Source: Paraspadella gotoi (Eukaryota > Animalia > Chaetognatha). Taken from it: a stretch of 64,000 bases of DNA. Positions 28,960 to 43,309 of this stretch are shown here, in pieces. Below the pieces are notes generated by a model. The model had not been told where the DNA came from. It made no database searches and worked only from the letters and a program-made list of their open reading frames with translations. Both the position numbers and the translations under genes were made by a program. The stretch is taken from the NCBI GenBank assembly GCA_051294375.1, contig CM119268.1, positions 1,105,218 through 1,169,217 on the forward strand, given 5' to 3'. Each line of letters opens with the position of its first letter. Position 1 is the first letter of the stretch.

Positions 28960-31900
28960 CCCCTACTCCCCCCCCTTAGAACCCATCTGGGTCCCCCCCC
29001 CCATAAACTTGCCTCTTTCCCTGTATTTTGGAGGGGAATAGACGCTAAGCCTTCGCGGAAGCGTGAAAGGCAATATTTCCGACATTGGCCTCCTTTCCGC
29101 CACGGTCCCTTTGGTGATTCATTAGAATTTATTTATTTTTGACATTGGCTCCAAAAGTAATTTGAACATAAACATTATTACTTTTTTTTTTAGAAGTCTA
29201 TAATCGATTTCTTAGCCATAATCTCTAACCTATACTAATCTTAAACCTAACTATTACCCCTCAAAAACCCCATTATCTGTAATTCTAGAGCCTACCTCTA
29301 AAATTAAAGGCTGTTAATCCCAGGTACATCGGCGCTCTAGGGGATTGGGTATTAGGGGCTTGAACCCCTTAGTCACAAAGCCAAGTCTTCCTAAGCTCTC
29401 TCCATAATAAAATTGCACAAAGTTCTAATCTCTGTTATAAAAACGCAAAAAACTCCGTTTTTATATGTCTTCAAATCGCTTGGACAGCAAAGTGTTTCCA
29501 AATTTATAATCGTTTTGCAACTTGCGACGATGTGCGAAATAATGTTTGGCTTCCCGAGAGAGTAGCCAGAACTTAAATTCCCTTTATTCAATTAATCTAA
29601 GATTCCTTGAGACCCAAAATCCCCTGCAGAAACTAAAATTGATTAACGCAAATCCTTTAATCATTAAGTCTAATCCTCCTTAACCAAATTCCTGAGTGAG
29701 AAGCCGTGAATTCTTCTGGTATTCGATTAAATTAAGAAGATGATTGTGAGAATTGATGATGATGATGATTGATGATGATGATGATGATGAAATATCCGAT
29801 CAACAATTGCATGAATGATGATTGTATGATTGTGATTATGTATCATTTAAGGGTCGTGTGAATAGTTAATAAGGTCTGTAAAGGTGGTGTGGTGTGGCGA
29901 ATACTACGGGATGGTGGGAGATGTATGCGACAGTCGACTTCATTATTGGTTTCGGGAGGACTAAATTTTAAAAAAAAACTCTCTCTTTGTCCGATGGTTC
30001 TAGAAGAAGTAGATAAAAGTCGAATCGAGAGAGTGTGATAGATAGATTTTGGAAAAATTACTGGGTCTGTGTAGGGAACGTTATCGGTTAAAAAAACGAA
30101 AAAACCTTAAGTAAAACAAAACAAATATAAACAAAAAAAGAGTCTGTGAAAGAGAACAAGCTAAACAGGAGATAAGGTTAAAATAAAGGGTAACTTAATG
30201 TTTAAAATGAAAAGAATATCTCTTATTTATGGAACTCTTGGAAAAGACTCAAAATTCTGTGTGATAACTCCGAGCGAAAGAAAGCTACCAATAGAACCTT
30301 CTCCAAATACGTTTTAACTCCGTGTTTCAGAGAAGGCACCATCGACGAAAATGGCCCCCGCCGGCCGCCGTGGCACGCCGCCGCGCGGACACATTTGACT
30401 TTTGCCGCGAATACCACCGCCAAGTCCACATTTGGGAACGCGCTGTCCGTAGTTCCTATTAGTCAATACAGGACTGCCCCGCCTTGACCAGGTTTCCGCG
30501 CCTGCTCGACGACAGGATGTGCCCCGCACGGGCCGACGATTAGAAAATGGAAAAACATTGCCCCGGCTTACATCACCGCGTGGACATTCAAGCTTTCTCC
30601 ATCCTACATTTTCTCAATTAATCAATCGGAATTGCAGTCGGAAAACAGATCGAAAAAACTGCAGCAAGAAAACGAGTTCAACAAAAAAATATTATCCCGT
30701 AAGGGAACTGCGTCGTCTATTACTTGTCAGCATTGCATCTTCGAAAAATAATCTCTTCTCTCATTGACCTTCTTATGCTTTACTTGCTCCTCTCTCTCCT
30801 ACTCTTCTCTACATCTCTCGCTCTCTCCTCTTCTCTCTCTCATCTCTCTCAATTTCCACTGTTCTTGTGGTGTCTCTCTCTCTCTAGTCTCTCTATCTCC
30901 TCTCTCTTTCTCTTCTCTCTCTGCTCCTCGATATCATCCTTCCGACTTTACTCCAATCGAGATCTAACTACTCTTCTTGCTCTCTCTCTCCATCATGAAC
31001 AAAAAAGATCGGCGGCCGAACATTCCCTAGCGCCTCTTCTGGACTGCCCCCCCTCCAAAACACAATACAATATACGATCATCATTTATATGTTGGTATGT
31101 AATTTAGATATATTCGGTATGATTTAATTGATGGAGTTGTATTCTCTCGTATCGGGCGCGCCCGTTTAAGCGTCAGGTTTTCCTGTTAGATTCTTTATGA
31201 TATAGTGAAATGTGATACATGGAGCTTTATTTAACAAATTTTGGGTGTGAGTTGAGTATTGTTCCCCATTTCTCCTTCTCGAATAATGTTGGTGTGCCAC
31301 GGAATTATTGAATGATTTCTAACGGGTTCTTCCAGTCTCTCTCGCATATCCTCTTGAGCTCTCAGGTTTGAGCCCCCAATGGCGTGCATAACAAGGGTGG
31401 CACACGGACGAGACATCTTTTCGACAACAAAAATAACAACAAACAAAAAAAATTAACTTTTTGCTTTTCTTTTCTTTTTCTTTCCTGTAATTATTTTCTT
31501 TTCTTTTCTGATTGAACAAGATATATCTTTTTCATTCTTTTTTTCTTCTTCATTCTCATTATCCTCCCATCTACTCTACATCTCGTGCGAATCACTCCCC
31601 TGTTCTTAATTTCTTGCACTCAATTTTCTTGTATGGAGAATTATGAGAACTTTTTTTTCTTGCCGCCGCCGCCCGTCCTCTGAAGGTATCATTCATCTCT
31701 CCTTAACAATCATACGAATCAAAATACGTGCTACTCGTGATAAAAAAACTCGTCAAACAAAAGGAAAAAAGTACGTTCAAAATTTTCCCCCAATTCCTCC
31801 TTTCTCCTCCGGTTTTCTGCATCAACTTTCTCCTGGACACATGCCCCCCTCCTGTTTGCAAATCCTCGTAGCCTCTACAATCTCTCACTCACCAGATTTA

Positions 31901-34900
31901 GTCACTCTTTGCCTAGGGGTTCTCGTGTGGAGTCTTGATGTGCAGCTTTCGGTCAAGTACTATTACTTCATGTTAGGCAAATTCGCTCTCGTTTTAGAGA
32001 ACAAACGAACCAAAAAATTTGTTCGTAGCAACATGTCAATTATGAGAAATCAATCTAAAATTTCGTGCATATGCCTTTTCTACCTCTATGTGCAGAGGGA
32101 ACTTATATATTTTTCAGGAAAAAGAACTATATACGAGAAGAGGGTCGGCGTATGGAAGAAAATGGACGGGAAATCTTACAAAACAAAATAGTTCGTTACT
32201 AAATTTCGGAATAGTGTGATCGCCACTTTGCCCGATCGTATGCAATTTGTCTTTTCGAGTGGTTCACCGATTCTTTTTCTTAGACACAGTGCGCCCTGAC
32301 CGCATCGCCGCTTTCTCCACCGGCACGTGACATTTGCCCACGTCCCGCCCACCGGGAGATTCATTTTCTTCTCACAGGTTCAAGCCACACGACCCATTTT
32401 GCATCCTCCCTCGCCCTATTGTTCCAGAACGTGGTTAAATTCCCTCCACACCAAAATAACCACTCGCTCTTGCTCCATCTTCCAGTTTCTAAATTCTTCC
32501 ATTTTCCAGAACGGTTTCTCCGGAGATGAAGGTGGTGTCACACTCAAGATCTCTGCATCTTACATTTCCTTACGTGTGCGGCGCGGTGAGGCACACCAAT
32601 AACAAAAAGAAAAAAAAAAAGACCCAATATTTCCGGGAAAAACCTCAGGAAAATACAGCTTAAATGATTCTTCAAAAATAACAATAATGGTAATCTCTCT
32701 TCCAGCAGTTTTATGTCATCTTCATCATAAGACGTGATTTTATACATTTTTTATTTTGCCGCGACATTTTATACCTCTCATACTTTCATACATACAATCT
32801 CCAAGTTTCTTCTCTCTCTTTTTCTCTCTTCGCTCCTAAGCTTTGAACCTTTCTTTACAATGTGCTCTCTGCGTCATTGTTTTCTTTACACGCAGACATC
32901 CTATATAATTAAGTGCACAAACTTTACGGAGTTACTTTCCTTTGTTAGCACGTGCCACGTCTTGGACGTTTTTTTGGTATTAACCAGCTTTGGACTTCAT
33001 CGCAAAACCACAGTAACAAATTTCAGAAAATGATTTCTCTCCTACTAATATACTCTTTCTCTACTTAGAAAACATAACAAGATAACTCAATTCTTTTTTT
33101 TAATCAATCTTATCTATATATCATAATCATCTCCTATAGCTTCTACTTTTTACACTCTACTCTCTCCCATTTTCTATCAATACTCAATTCTTTTTTCTTC
33201 CTCGACATACTACTCTCCTCTCGTCCTCCTCTCTTTCTCGTGTCTCTTCTTTCTCTTCCTTCGTTATTCAAACAACAACCTCCCAATAACAGTACATAAT
33301 CCAATCAGGGTACATATTTTACATGGCACTCGCACGTATTGAGCCTCTTAAGTGTTCGTTTGCCATTATACAAACTAATCACCTGTGTATTTAAGTTCTT
33401 CTTTTTTTTTTACTGTTTTTCTTCCCATTTTGTTTTTCGCTTTTGTTTTTATTGTTTTTCTCTTTTTCGAGGATTTTTTCTACCGCTCTGAACTCGCGGT
33501 TATTACTCTGCTATTTTTCTTTCACATTCACTCATGAAAACTTCATAAATACTGATTATAAAACAGTTTGATAGATTTTACATCATTTTTTTAATATCAA
33601 TCTCTTTGCAACCACAATCATGCTTGCAATTATTTAGTTACAAAGTCCGCGTGCAACATGGTATATTCTCTGGAGCATATTTTTAATACAGTAATATTGT
33701 TTATTTGTTTTACTCCCTCTTTATTTCTCTATTTCTTTGATGGTTGCGGCATCGTCGGAAACGAGTTTATTTCGCTTTTATATATGACTCTCCGAAATTA
33801 CTTATATTTCTTCCGTTTCGACCCCCGGACTCCTTTACTGGAACCCATTGGGGGCATAGACCGATGCGGGCAGGATGTAATTATGTGGCGAGAATGCTGT
33901 GCCTGGGGATGCGCTTGCAGTAAGTCGGCCCGGACCGTATGGTAAGAATAGGTTGCAGTATTTAAGAGAAATACGAGTCACTGCCGCCGGCAAAACAAAG
34001 GCGAAACCCAACACGCTTTAAGAGTTAAGCCCCGAGGAAGCGAAGAAAAGTCGGAACTAAAAAACAATAAAAATAAAAACTCAAGAAATAATTTTCCTGT
34101 AGGGAAAATAACTGCGTGGTAAGTTCAGGAGGTTTTGTGTGAAGTGAACGAGATATATACAAATGTTAATCGTGAGAGAGAAAAGAAGTGAAGCGGAGAA
34201 TCAAACGCCGAACTCGGGTCAGTGATGTGAATCGGTCACTGATGTCGATTCTGCGTCTCGGGTCAAAGTTGTTGAAAGAAAATCCAGGGGAGTTCCTTGC
34301 AATATTGGTGTGCGACATCTACGTGGTTTTTTTCGGGTTTTATTGCATGGTGATTCGCAAGAAATAGACGCTCGGTCATCTCTCTCTGTCCTTCTCTCGG
34401 TTTTTTAAAAAATATATTTAAGTACTTTTATTATGAATGATCGTGATTGGGCACATAAAATAAGTAAAATTTCTAATTTTTGGGTATAAGTGGTCAAAAA
34501 TACTTTTAGTCTAACCTGCCTCCCCAACTTTCCAGATGGACAACGTTATACTACAGTAACATCCTCTCTGCCATTACACTAATAAGAAGAATATTACTTT
34601 ATATAAAGAATATAATTAAAAACTAATTACATGGCTGCAATATATAAAAATTTACATTGACATTTATTTAAATTCATGCAAAAAATTAAAGTAATATAGT
34701 AAAACTCAAAGTAGAATCCAGCTTCATAAGACATTTGATAATGATGAAGTTGGCAAATTGAAAAATCGATATGGAAAAGGTTAGAATTTCAAAAAAATTC
34801 AACTTTTTTTTTAAAAAAACTTTTTGAACTTCTTTTCGGTTCCATTTCTATTTTCTGGCTCTGCTTATTTTCATTTTGTTTCGCGTAATAGTTTTTTTCC

Positions 34901-35326
34901 CTGGTGGTAATAGGTTTAGTTATTTCCCAATTTGAATAAAATCCCCTAACTATATTATTTATAGTTCATCTAACAAACAATAAGCAACTAAAAAAAGAAG
35001 GAACCATAAGGATAACACCAAGTAGTACAAAAATTAAAAAAAAAAAACAAAACAAGTTGCAATAGTTAAGTAAAAAAATAAAAAAACCTCGAGATAGAAT
35101 TAAAAACTACGGATCTGTATACTAACGCCTCCAACTCCAACGGAATTTACCGGATCCTTTAATTTCAATACGAATGAAATTCATAATATTTCTTTTCTAT
35201 GTCGTTCCATCCTTCCTTTTTTAGGCCCAAAATTGAGAGAAAGAGAGAGAGAAGAGATTTAGTGAGAGAGGACAGGAAAAAAAAAAAAAAAAACAAAAAA
35301 AAGGAGAAGAGTCCTTCCGCGCCCAA
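28960..35326 (+). other. Insertion-inflated noisy duplicate of about 42040-44750 (probable low-quality long read)
   Basis: Colinear anchors: CCCCCATAAACTTGCC, TTCTCCATCCTACATTT, AGATTTAGTCACT, GGGTCGGCGTATGGAA, GCGACATCTACGTG; ends at an exact 25-N gap. Confidence 0.75.
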
Positions 35327-38300
35327 NNNNNNNNNNNNNNNNNNNNNNNNNCGCCTTCGACCGGATTGCCAACACCATCCGTACGGCAACCGATCAACAG
35401 TTCGCCGGCACTTCACTGCGGAGAAAAGGGGACTGCTGGTGGAGAGGGGAGGGGTAAGAAGGAGAGGAGGGGACAATTCGAACTGAGGCCGAGGCAAGCG
35501 GCACAGGCAACCTTAACGGAATACATCATGTTAGTATCCCGTCAGTTACAATGATGGCGGCTTGATTGGATCGACTAGAGGAGTTTTCGGTCTAAGGACT
35601 TTCTCATTCTTGGATCCTCTTCTTTTTTTTTTTTTTATTTTCTTTTTTCTTTTATCTTTTTCTATTCTTTGTTCTTCTTTTCTCTTTTTCTTTCCTTTCT
35701 CAATTTTCTTTTTCGCCTATGTCTTTTCTTCATATTTCTTTCTTTTGTTTTTTTGTTTCTTATTTTTATATATTTTTTTTATATTTTATGTTCCTTTTTA
35801 GTTCGTTTTTCTTGCTCAGAGATTGTAGATTTACTCAGTTTGGTCTGTACGTAATTTTTAACTGTTTAAATTACGGAACCACAAACCATCACGAAATGGG
35901 GTATATTTATCTTCTGCATAGAGAGTTAACAAAAAGATTTCGGAAATCTTCTTTACGTTTTTTAAAATTCAGGGATTTTTTTTTTAAATTTTCTTTTTCC
36001 TTATTTTTTTCTTTTTTTTTCCATTCTTTTTTCTTCCAATTTTTTTTTTCACTATTATTCGTAATTACTATTGGCATAGGGTTTTTATTCAATGTTCTAC
36101 AATATCGAGATTGGTTTAATTTTATTACATGTTTCGAAATTCAATTCTTTTCAAATACGATGCAAAAGGATGAAAGTCAGAGAGGACAGTAAGGGGGAGG
36201 AGACGAGAGAAAGAAGAAGAGAGCGACTCTCTAGAATTACTATCATCTCCAGCAACATCTTGTTAGGTATCTGTTATTGCGCTAGAACACTTGTCGCCAG
36301 ATATTGGAGCTCTGGTTCATGATCTAAATTTATATGAAAAGACCGATTTATCGAAAAGAGAGTACAAACAATCAATAATGTACTCAAGATTTTCAACGAG
36401 ATGTTTCATTTTGATGCGCCTACCGTGCAGACTTCCATATCCAGTTAAAGGTTGAACAAGGTATTTCTCCTCTTGATTCGCCGTATGCGAAACCGCAAAA
36501 ATTGAATTCAGGGAACAATTCTAATGAAGCACAGAAAATATCACTTTAATCGCGATTCCACGCGGGCGTACGTTGTTAATTTTCCTTTTCGTCTTTAACA
36601 CCATTTTTATGCCGTGTAATGAATATGAGGTCACGTGACCATCAGTACAAATATTTTTTTCTGTGACTCTCTCTCTCTTTTCCTTTCTTTCTTTCATTTT
36701 TTTAATTTGATCTCTCTCTTTTCTTTACTTCTTTCCTTTCCTTCTATTTTGATTGTCAATTTCTCTCTCTCTTTCTTTTTCTTACTTTTCATTCTCTTAT
36801 TGTCATCTCCTTCTTTCCCTGCTTTTCCTTTCCTTTTTTTTGTCGAACTATTCGTGTCCGGTTCCATAGAAAACAATCGTTTTGCAAAGAAAAGGGCATC
36901 ACAACCACTTTTCGCATCCACGGAGATAAAAATTAAAGTTTATCCCATTTAGAAATCTACCTGTTTTGTTTTTTGTTTTCGTTTCGAAATTTGTTTCTAT
37001 TTTTTCTCGGTGTTATAGTTCCGATTGTTTCGGTTTTGTTTTTAAGAGAAATAGGAGATGTGTAGATGAGAAAAAAAAACCGATACGGGAACGACAGTGA
37101 GACTAGAAAGGACCAGAGAGACTGAGACCGGTAAAAATTACATAATTCATCACCAAACTTGAATAATCACGAGAAATCTCGTTAGAGCCTCCCAATTCGC
37201 GGCTTATATGCAAATGAACTACATCACACGTTCATACCCTGGTGCCAGAATAAAGGGTCTATTTTTCTCTTGTGCGCCTCGTACGTCGGTCGACGTCTAT
37301 TGGCTGGCACGTTATGGTTTAAGGTTTCCCATTACCGAACTCAAACGGCATTCGTTTTATTGAATCTATTGGCAGAAAGAATTTTGTGCATCATTACAAA
37401 TAATGTGCCATTAATGATATTATCACACATTCTAAAGCGAGATTCAAAAAACGTGATTATATGCAAAGCCGCAGGTGAGCCGGTAGAGTTAAAAAATTTA
37501 ACACACACCCTATAATTATAGTGCTGGTTTATAATTGTCGCCATCTCATAACTTCATCTACTCTCATTCTCATCTCATCCTACATCTTTCTCACGTTGAA
37601 TTCGGATCGCGAATCCATCGATCCTTGTCATTCCGTTCGTCTCAAGCGCGTAACGTCCACAGGCGGCGTGTTCGTCAGTGCGCGAGAATCGACTTCGGAA
37701 AGGCCGTTGGCGGAATAGAGAAAAGGAGAGGAAGAAAGTGGCCGGGGTACGAATATGGACGTCAGGTAATGGGAAGAAAGAAGGTGAGATGGACGGGAGA
37801 GAGAAGAGAGAAAGAGAGAGGAAGAGACGAAGAAAAAGAGAGAGACGGAGCGAGGACGAGAACAAAGAACAAGAGCGAAGCGTTAATGAACAAAAAAGAG
37901 GAGGAGACGACGAGAGAGAGAGATCGACGGAACAGAAGGGAGAAGAAGAGATCGATAAGATGACGTGGACGCAAAAAATGGTGACGGCGAGATAATTATC
38001 CGAAGAAGAAATAAGAAATTTTTTAAAAACAAGGATTTCCTTTCTTTATGATCTAAGGAAAAAGCTCGAGTCTAATAGAAAAGCAAAATCGAAAAGAAAA
38101 AAAGTCTTAAAAGAGAAAAAGTATAGTCTAGGTCGCCGCCGCCCGCCGCCCGCCGCGCCGGCCCCGCGCGGCCGGCACGCCCGCTTTGACGTCAAAACAG
38201 CGCGGCTGAGTCTCCTCGCCAGCGCGACCCAATTCTCGGGATTCGCTCTTAGTTCCGGTTGATTTACTGGCACAGTGGATATTTTTTCTGGTGGTGGAGT

Positions 38301-39685
38301 GAAGATAATATTAGGCAGTGGGAAGGTTTTGCATTGTGGTGGTTGTTAAGATTGATGATAGTCGAGATGGGTCTGACTTTGTGGCCGTCTGCGGCCGAAC
38401 GCGCCGCCAGCGCGCGCCACGCCGCACGCGCCCGCGCACGAAGATTCGACTGGGTTTCGTCGGCGTCGCTTCTGCATCATTACTCGTTCGTCATTTGAAT
38501 CGAATGTTTTTGGTCCCTTGAACTGTCAGCAGGCGGCGGCGCTTTCATTGAAGAATGGCGCTGCGCATTTTAAAGATCCCGATACGACCATTTGAACAGA
38601 TGTCGCGCCACTTAATTTGACACAAAATGGCAACCTACGCAATTCCAGAAATAACGCCGCGCCATTCTTAACCCCGCCAGATTCGCAGAACAATATCGCC
38701 GCTGCGCCAATTCTCCACACGCATTTGCGAGAACATGGACGCTGCCCATATCTCCCCGCCATTGTCGGAGAATATGTTTTCTTTGCGCACATTTCCCCGC
38801 CATTCCGAGGGAATATGGCGCTGCGCCAGCTCTAGCCAATCCGATTAATATGCGCTGCAGCATCTCCCAGACGCCATTCGCGAGATCGATCATTACGAAA
38901 CCTGTTCTCTCTCCTATTCATTCATATTGCGAGCGCGAGGTTGGCGAAGATTTCATTTGTCGAACGGAAAGGCGTCCGCGACACAGGTCTGACGATTAAA
39001 AAAAAACAACTGCTAATCTCATACATATTTTGTAAAAAATACAGCAAATTTTAAAAAATTTCTTGTATTTACTGTGTTATTTTTGAAAATTGTACAACCA
39101 ACCATTTTTAGTGGGCTAAACTACTTTTTTTCAAAATTAATGTTAAAAATATATCTTATGAAATAAGATCTTAATAAACGATCGGCAAGAGGGCAGATGT
39201 TCGATTTACAGCCTTGAGAAAATAAACGGACCATCTATACAACACAAGGTGAATGCTTTTCTGCTGCGGGTTTTTAATCTAGTAATTTATACAATATTAT
39301 ATCGTTTCTTGTCAGAAACGAATCTATAAATTGTAACAAATTGAAATATATAATAAATAAAATTTAGAATTACGGAGGCTTCATACGAATTTTATCTTAG
39401 ATTTTTACAACGAGATGAGTTTAATAAACTTATAGAAATTTTGTTGCAACACAAGTCTTAAGTTAAAAATTTCTATTATTTTAATTCATTTTTCACTCGA
39501 TTTTTGAAGGAAAGACAATTCTCGACATAGGTCAAACTGGGAATTAAATTCATTTTAAAGGAGACTAAAAGGGATTCTATTTACTCGCGGATGTACGGTG
39601 CGATTTTGGAAAATCCCTCAATTTTATTCGTGTGTTATCTGTGCTGTGCGTAGAAGTGTTCCTCTCTACTTCTCTCTTCTCTCTC

Positions 39686-39716
<31 letters not shown>

Positions 39717-42229
39717 TCTATCTTCTCCATTCCGATTCGGCAAGGTTTTGGTTGGAACGGATTTTAAGAATCGATATTCAGATCGATCTTTTTCTTTGAA
39801 AGCGAAAAGAGACGAAGCTTAACGAAAAAAGTTGGAAAAAGACTAGCAGAGAGAGAGAGAAAGAGAGCGAGAGAATGAGAGAGGCAGAGGAGAGACGAGA
39901 GAGAGGAGAGAGAAGAACCAGACCGAGAGAGAGAGAGGAGTCATAATAAAGAATTCCTTTTATTTACGTGAGTGGCGTTTGAGTTCATAAGTTTACCTTC
40001 CAACCATCATTCTTCTCGCCCGACTTTTCCTCTTCCTCTTTTCCTCTTCCTTTCTCTTCCTCTCCTATCCACTTTCTCTCCTTCCCGCCCTCTTCAGCTT
40101 CCATCGCCTCCTACCGGCCCTTCCGCCTCTCCTTCCCGAAGCCCTCACCTCTCTATTATTCCACCATCGGAAACATACTCGCTCAATTGTTGAAAGTAAC
40201 GAAAGAGACTTTTCGTTTCGTTTTCCGCCAAGAGGTTTTCGCACAAGAGAAGTTCGCGCGAATTCGACGTCGCAGGGATGACAGTCGCCATCGCTAGAAC
40301 GGTGGGCGTGACGATCGCGTATCACACCCGTACTTTGGAGGATCGCGTCGTTATGAGGGCGTGCGCCCGATCGAAACATCACCACTGGGACAAGGGGAGA
40401 AGAGGAGGGAGAGGAGAGCAGGAGGGAGATGGAGGAGGGAAGAGAGAGTAGAAAAGAAGCGCTGAATCGAATAAGAAAGGAGACGCCGCCGGCGCCGCGC
40501 AGCCGAAGAAGACGCCGTCGACGTAGGACGCCGCGACGCCCTGTTTTCTCGACCGAGGATTTTGTCCGCCCTGATTTTTTGCTTTTTTATTCGGAGTTGC
40601 GTTTTTTCTCGGAAACGCTAAGAGGTTGCACTTCGCACTTCGTCGCGAGATGCGCGAGCGATCGTTTCTTGGCCAGGGCGTCTCGGCTTCTGTAGCGAAC
40701 CGTCACACTAGATTCTAAGCAATCTCGTGTGACGTTCTTAGAACTAAGAAAGTCACGTGACATAATTAGGCGTTAATTTCATTGAAACCAGTTTGAGATC
40801 GTTATCGCTCGTTCTGACTTCTTGTCGTCATTTTTAACTCAATGACTCGCTATTTAACTTCACAATCCTTACACAGTTGCCTCTTTCCTTTCTCCCTCTC
40901 CCGATCGTTTCGCTTCTCCTTTCCTTTCCAATACTTTCTTTTTATCTCTACTTTCCCATTGTTTTCCCTTTATCATTCTTTTAGCCTTATGTTTATTATT
41001 GATTCGAATATTTTTTCGAATGACTCTTTAGTCTTCAGTCGCCGCGGGAAGTCGCTTCCGACGCGTCAATTCGCTTTGAATCGTCGTACGTGGAAGCACC
41101 GAATAGGCGTCGTCGATGTTGCGGCCGGAATGCGACAACGTTGGCGGCGTCGACGCTGTCTTCAATGCGACGGGCAAATCGACCTCGGTCGATCAAGTGG
41201 CCGGTTTCAGCCTCTTAGTTTTCATTCTCAGAGCCAAGGCGGTCGACCGTCAGCGACAGCACCGGAGCCCGCTTCAACGCACCAAGAGTCTCTGGTAAGC
41301 GGCCTTCGCGCCTCAGTTACTTTTGCCGCTTATTTTTTAACATGCGCGGGCGGCCGCCTTGCCGACGCGAAGCAACGAACCACCTGAAATCAACAACAAA
41401 CCGATAGAGTTCAGTTGGCGACGTTATACTTGCTTGATTGTTGTTGATGTCTCCGTTTCGCTATATGTCGTGCTCTGTTTTCTAATTCAGTTGTTTTCGA
41501 GCATCACTTTTTCTGATCACGTCCATCTCTGCCAGATACACTGCGGCCCAAAAAGAACACATACTATCACCGAAAAAAAAAAACATATTAGCAATGGATG
41601 AAAATTCTGAGACTATCAGAAACATAACACAAAAGAATTACAACCGCGCTTCATTTTCTATTTCCTTCTCACCACAATTCACTTTTCATTTCGATATCAC
41701 AAGGCTCCTACTAACGCAGGTACTATAATGTCCATCTACTACACAAAAATTCTTACCCTTCTCGTCTCCAATCTAAAAAACTATCTCAACAAGCTATTCA
41801 ATTTTCGATTGAAAAGCCTCATCCATTCGTTTCGATATGTATCCCTGCCATCGTATTTCCCAATTCCAAACATCCTTCAACACGACGCATCTTTGTGAAA
41901 TCATCTATGATCTCATTTCACATCCCGATTCCTCATCTTATTATTCAATCACTCCCTAATCGTTTTCCGCTTCGTTGTCTCATTAGTTCACATTTTCTTG
42001 TCAGAACGCATGAGTAAAATCGGTTGCGCTACGCAACCTAACCCCCCCCATAAGACCCATCCCCCATAAACTTGCCCTCGTCCCTTATTTGGAGAGGAAG
42101 TCTAAAGCGTTTGAAAGCAATATATTTCCGCCATTGCTTCCTTTCTGCCACTTTTGATCAGAATTTATTTTTGACATTAATATTTAACATAAAAATATTT
42201 TTAAAGTTATAATCGAATTCTTAGCCATA

Positions 42230-42582
42230 ATCTCCAACCTTAACCTAATCTTAAACCCTAACCTTTACCCTAAACCCATATCCTTAATTTCTAAGCCTAA
42301 CCTCTAAACTTAAAGGTTAATCCCAAATCGGGTTAGGGATTTGGGTTAGGCTAACCCTAGTCACAAACCAAGTCCCTAACTTTAATCATTAATCTAATCC
42401 TTAACCAAAACCTTAACTTTAACCAAATCCTTTAATCATTAATCTAATCCTTAACCAAATCCTTTATTCATTAATCTAATCCTTAACCAAATCCTTAACC
42501 TTAACCAAATCCTTTAATCATTAATCTAATCCTTAACCAAATCCTTAACCTTAACCAAATCCTTTAATCATTAATCTAATAT
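42230..42582 (+). repeat. TAACC-rich composite tandem repeat (TAATCATTAATCTAATCCTTAACCAAATCCT), probably part of a dispersed element
   Basis: Tandem units at 42380-42580; CACAAACCAAGTCCCTAAC is shared with 54469-54488. Confidence 0.75.
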
Positions 42583-43274
42583 TAATAATAAAGGGGCAAC
42601 TACAGGGAGGTCCAGCTCTTTTGGGACTAAATTAAAAAAAACTCTTTTGGATGGGTAAATAATCGAATTATGATTTGAAAATTGATTAAACAGTAAAGAG
42701 TTGTAAAGACAACATAATCTATTAAAAAACTTTACCTTAGGCTACCATGACCTTCTCCAAGTGTTCAGAGAAGGCGGCATATGCTTTTGCGACCAATCCA
42801 ATTGGGAACGCTGTTAGTTCTATGTCAGAGACTTGACAGTTCTAGACAGGATGCGTGGGACATTCAGCTTCTCCATCCTACATTTTCATTAATCAATCGG
42901 ATTGCAGTCGGAAAAGCTGCGCGGTCAAAATGTTGTAAGGAACTGGCGCTAAAAAAATATGACATGCTATGCAAAATGCAATAATGACAGGAGTTGTCGA
43001 TATCGACTGAAAGAGAAATTAGCCTAGCTTCTAAATAATATTATATTTTTTATTTCTCTATCGTTAACCTTTCCTGTTAGTTAGGAAAGTATAATTGGGG
43101 AGGCCCTCTCCCTTCAGTGGGAGAAGGGGAGCTGAGACGAAGGCCAAGGGGGAAAAGAGGACCACGGGCTTTTTCGTTGCGAAAAGAGAACAATTTATTT
43201 ACCCCATCACTCAAGGGACCCGCGTTTAATATGGATCTTTTTTTTCTGCCGCCGCCGCCGTCTAAGTTCATTCA

Positions 43275-43309
<35 letters not shown>

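Noticed and set aside
42230-42360. Telomeric repeat array
   Set aside because: Only scattered TAACCC/TTAGGG hexamers within a composite repeat; not a true tandem array.
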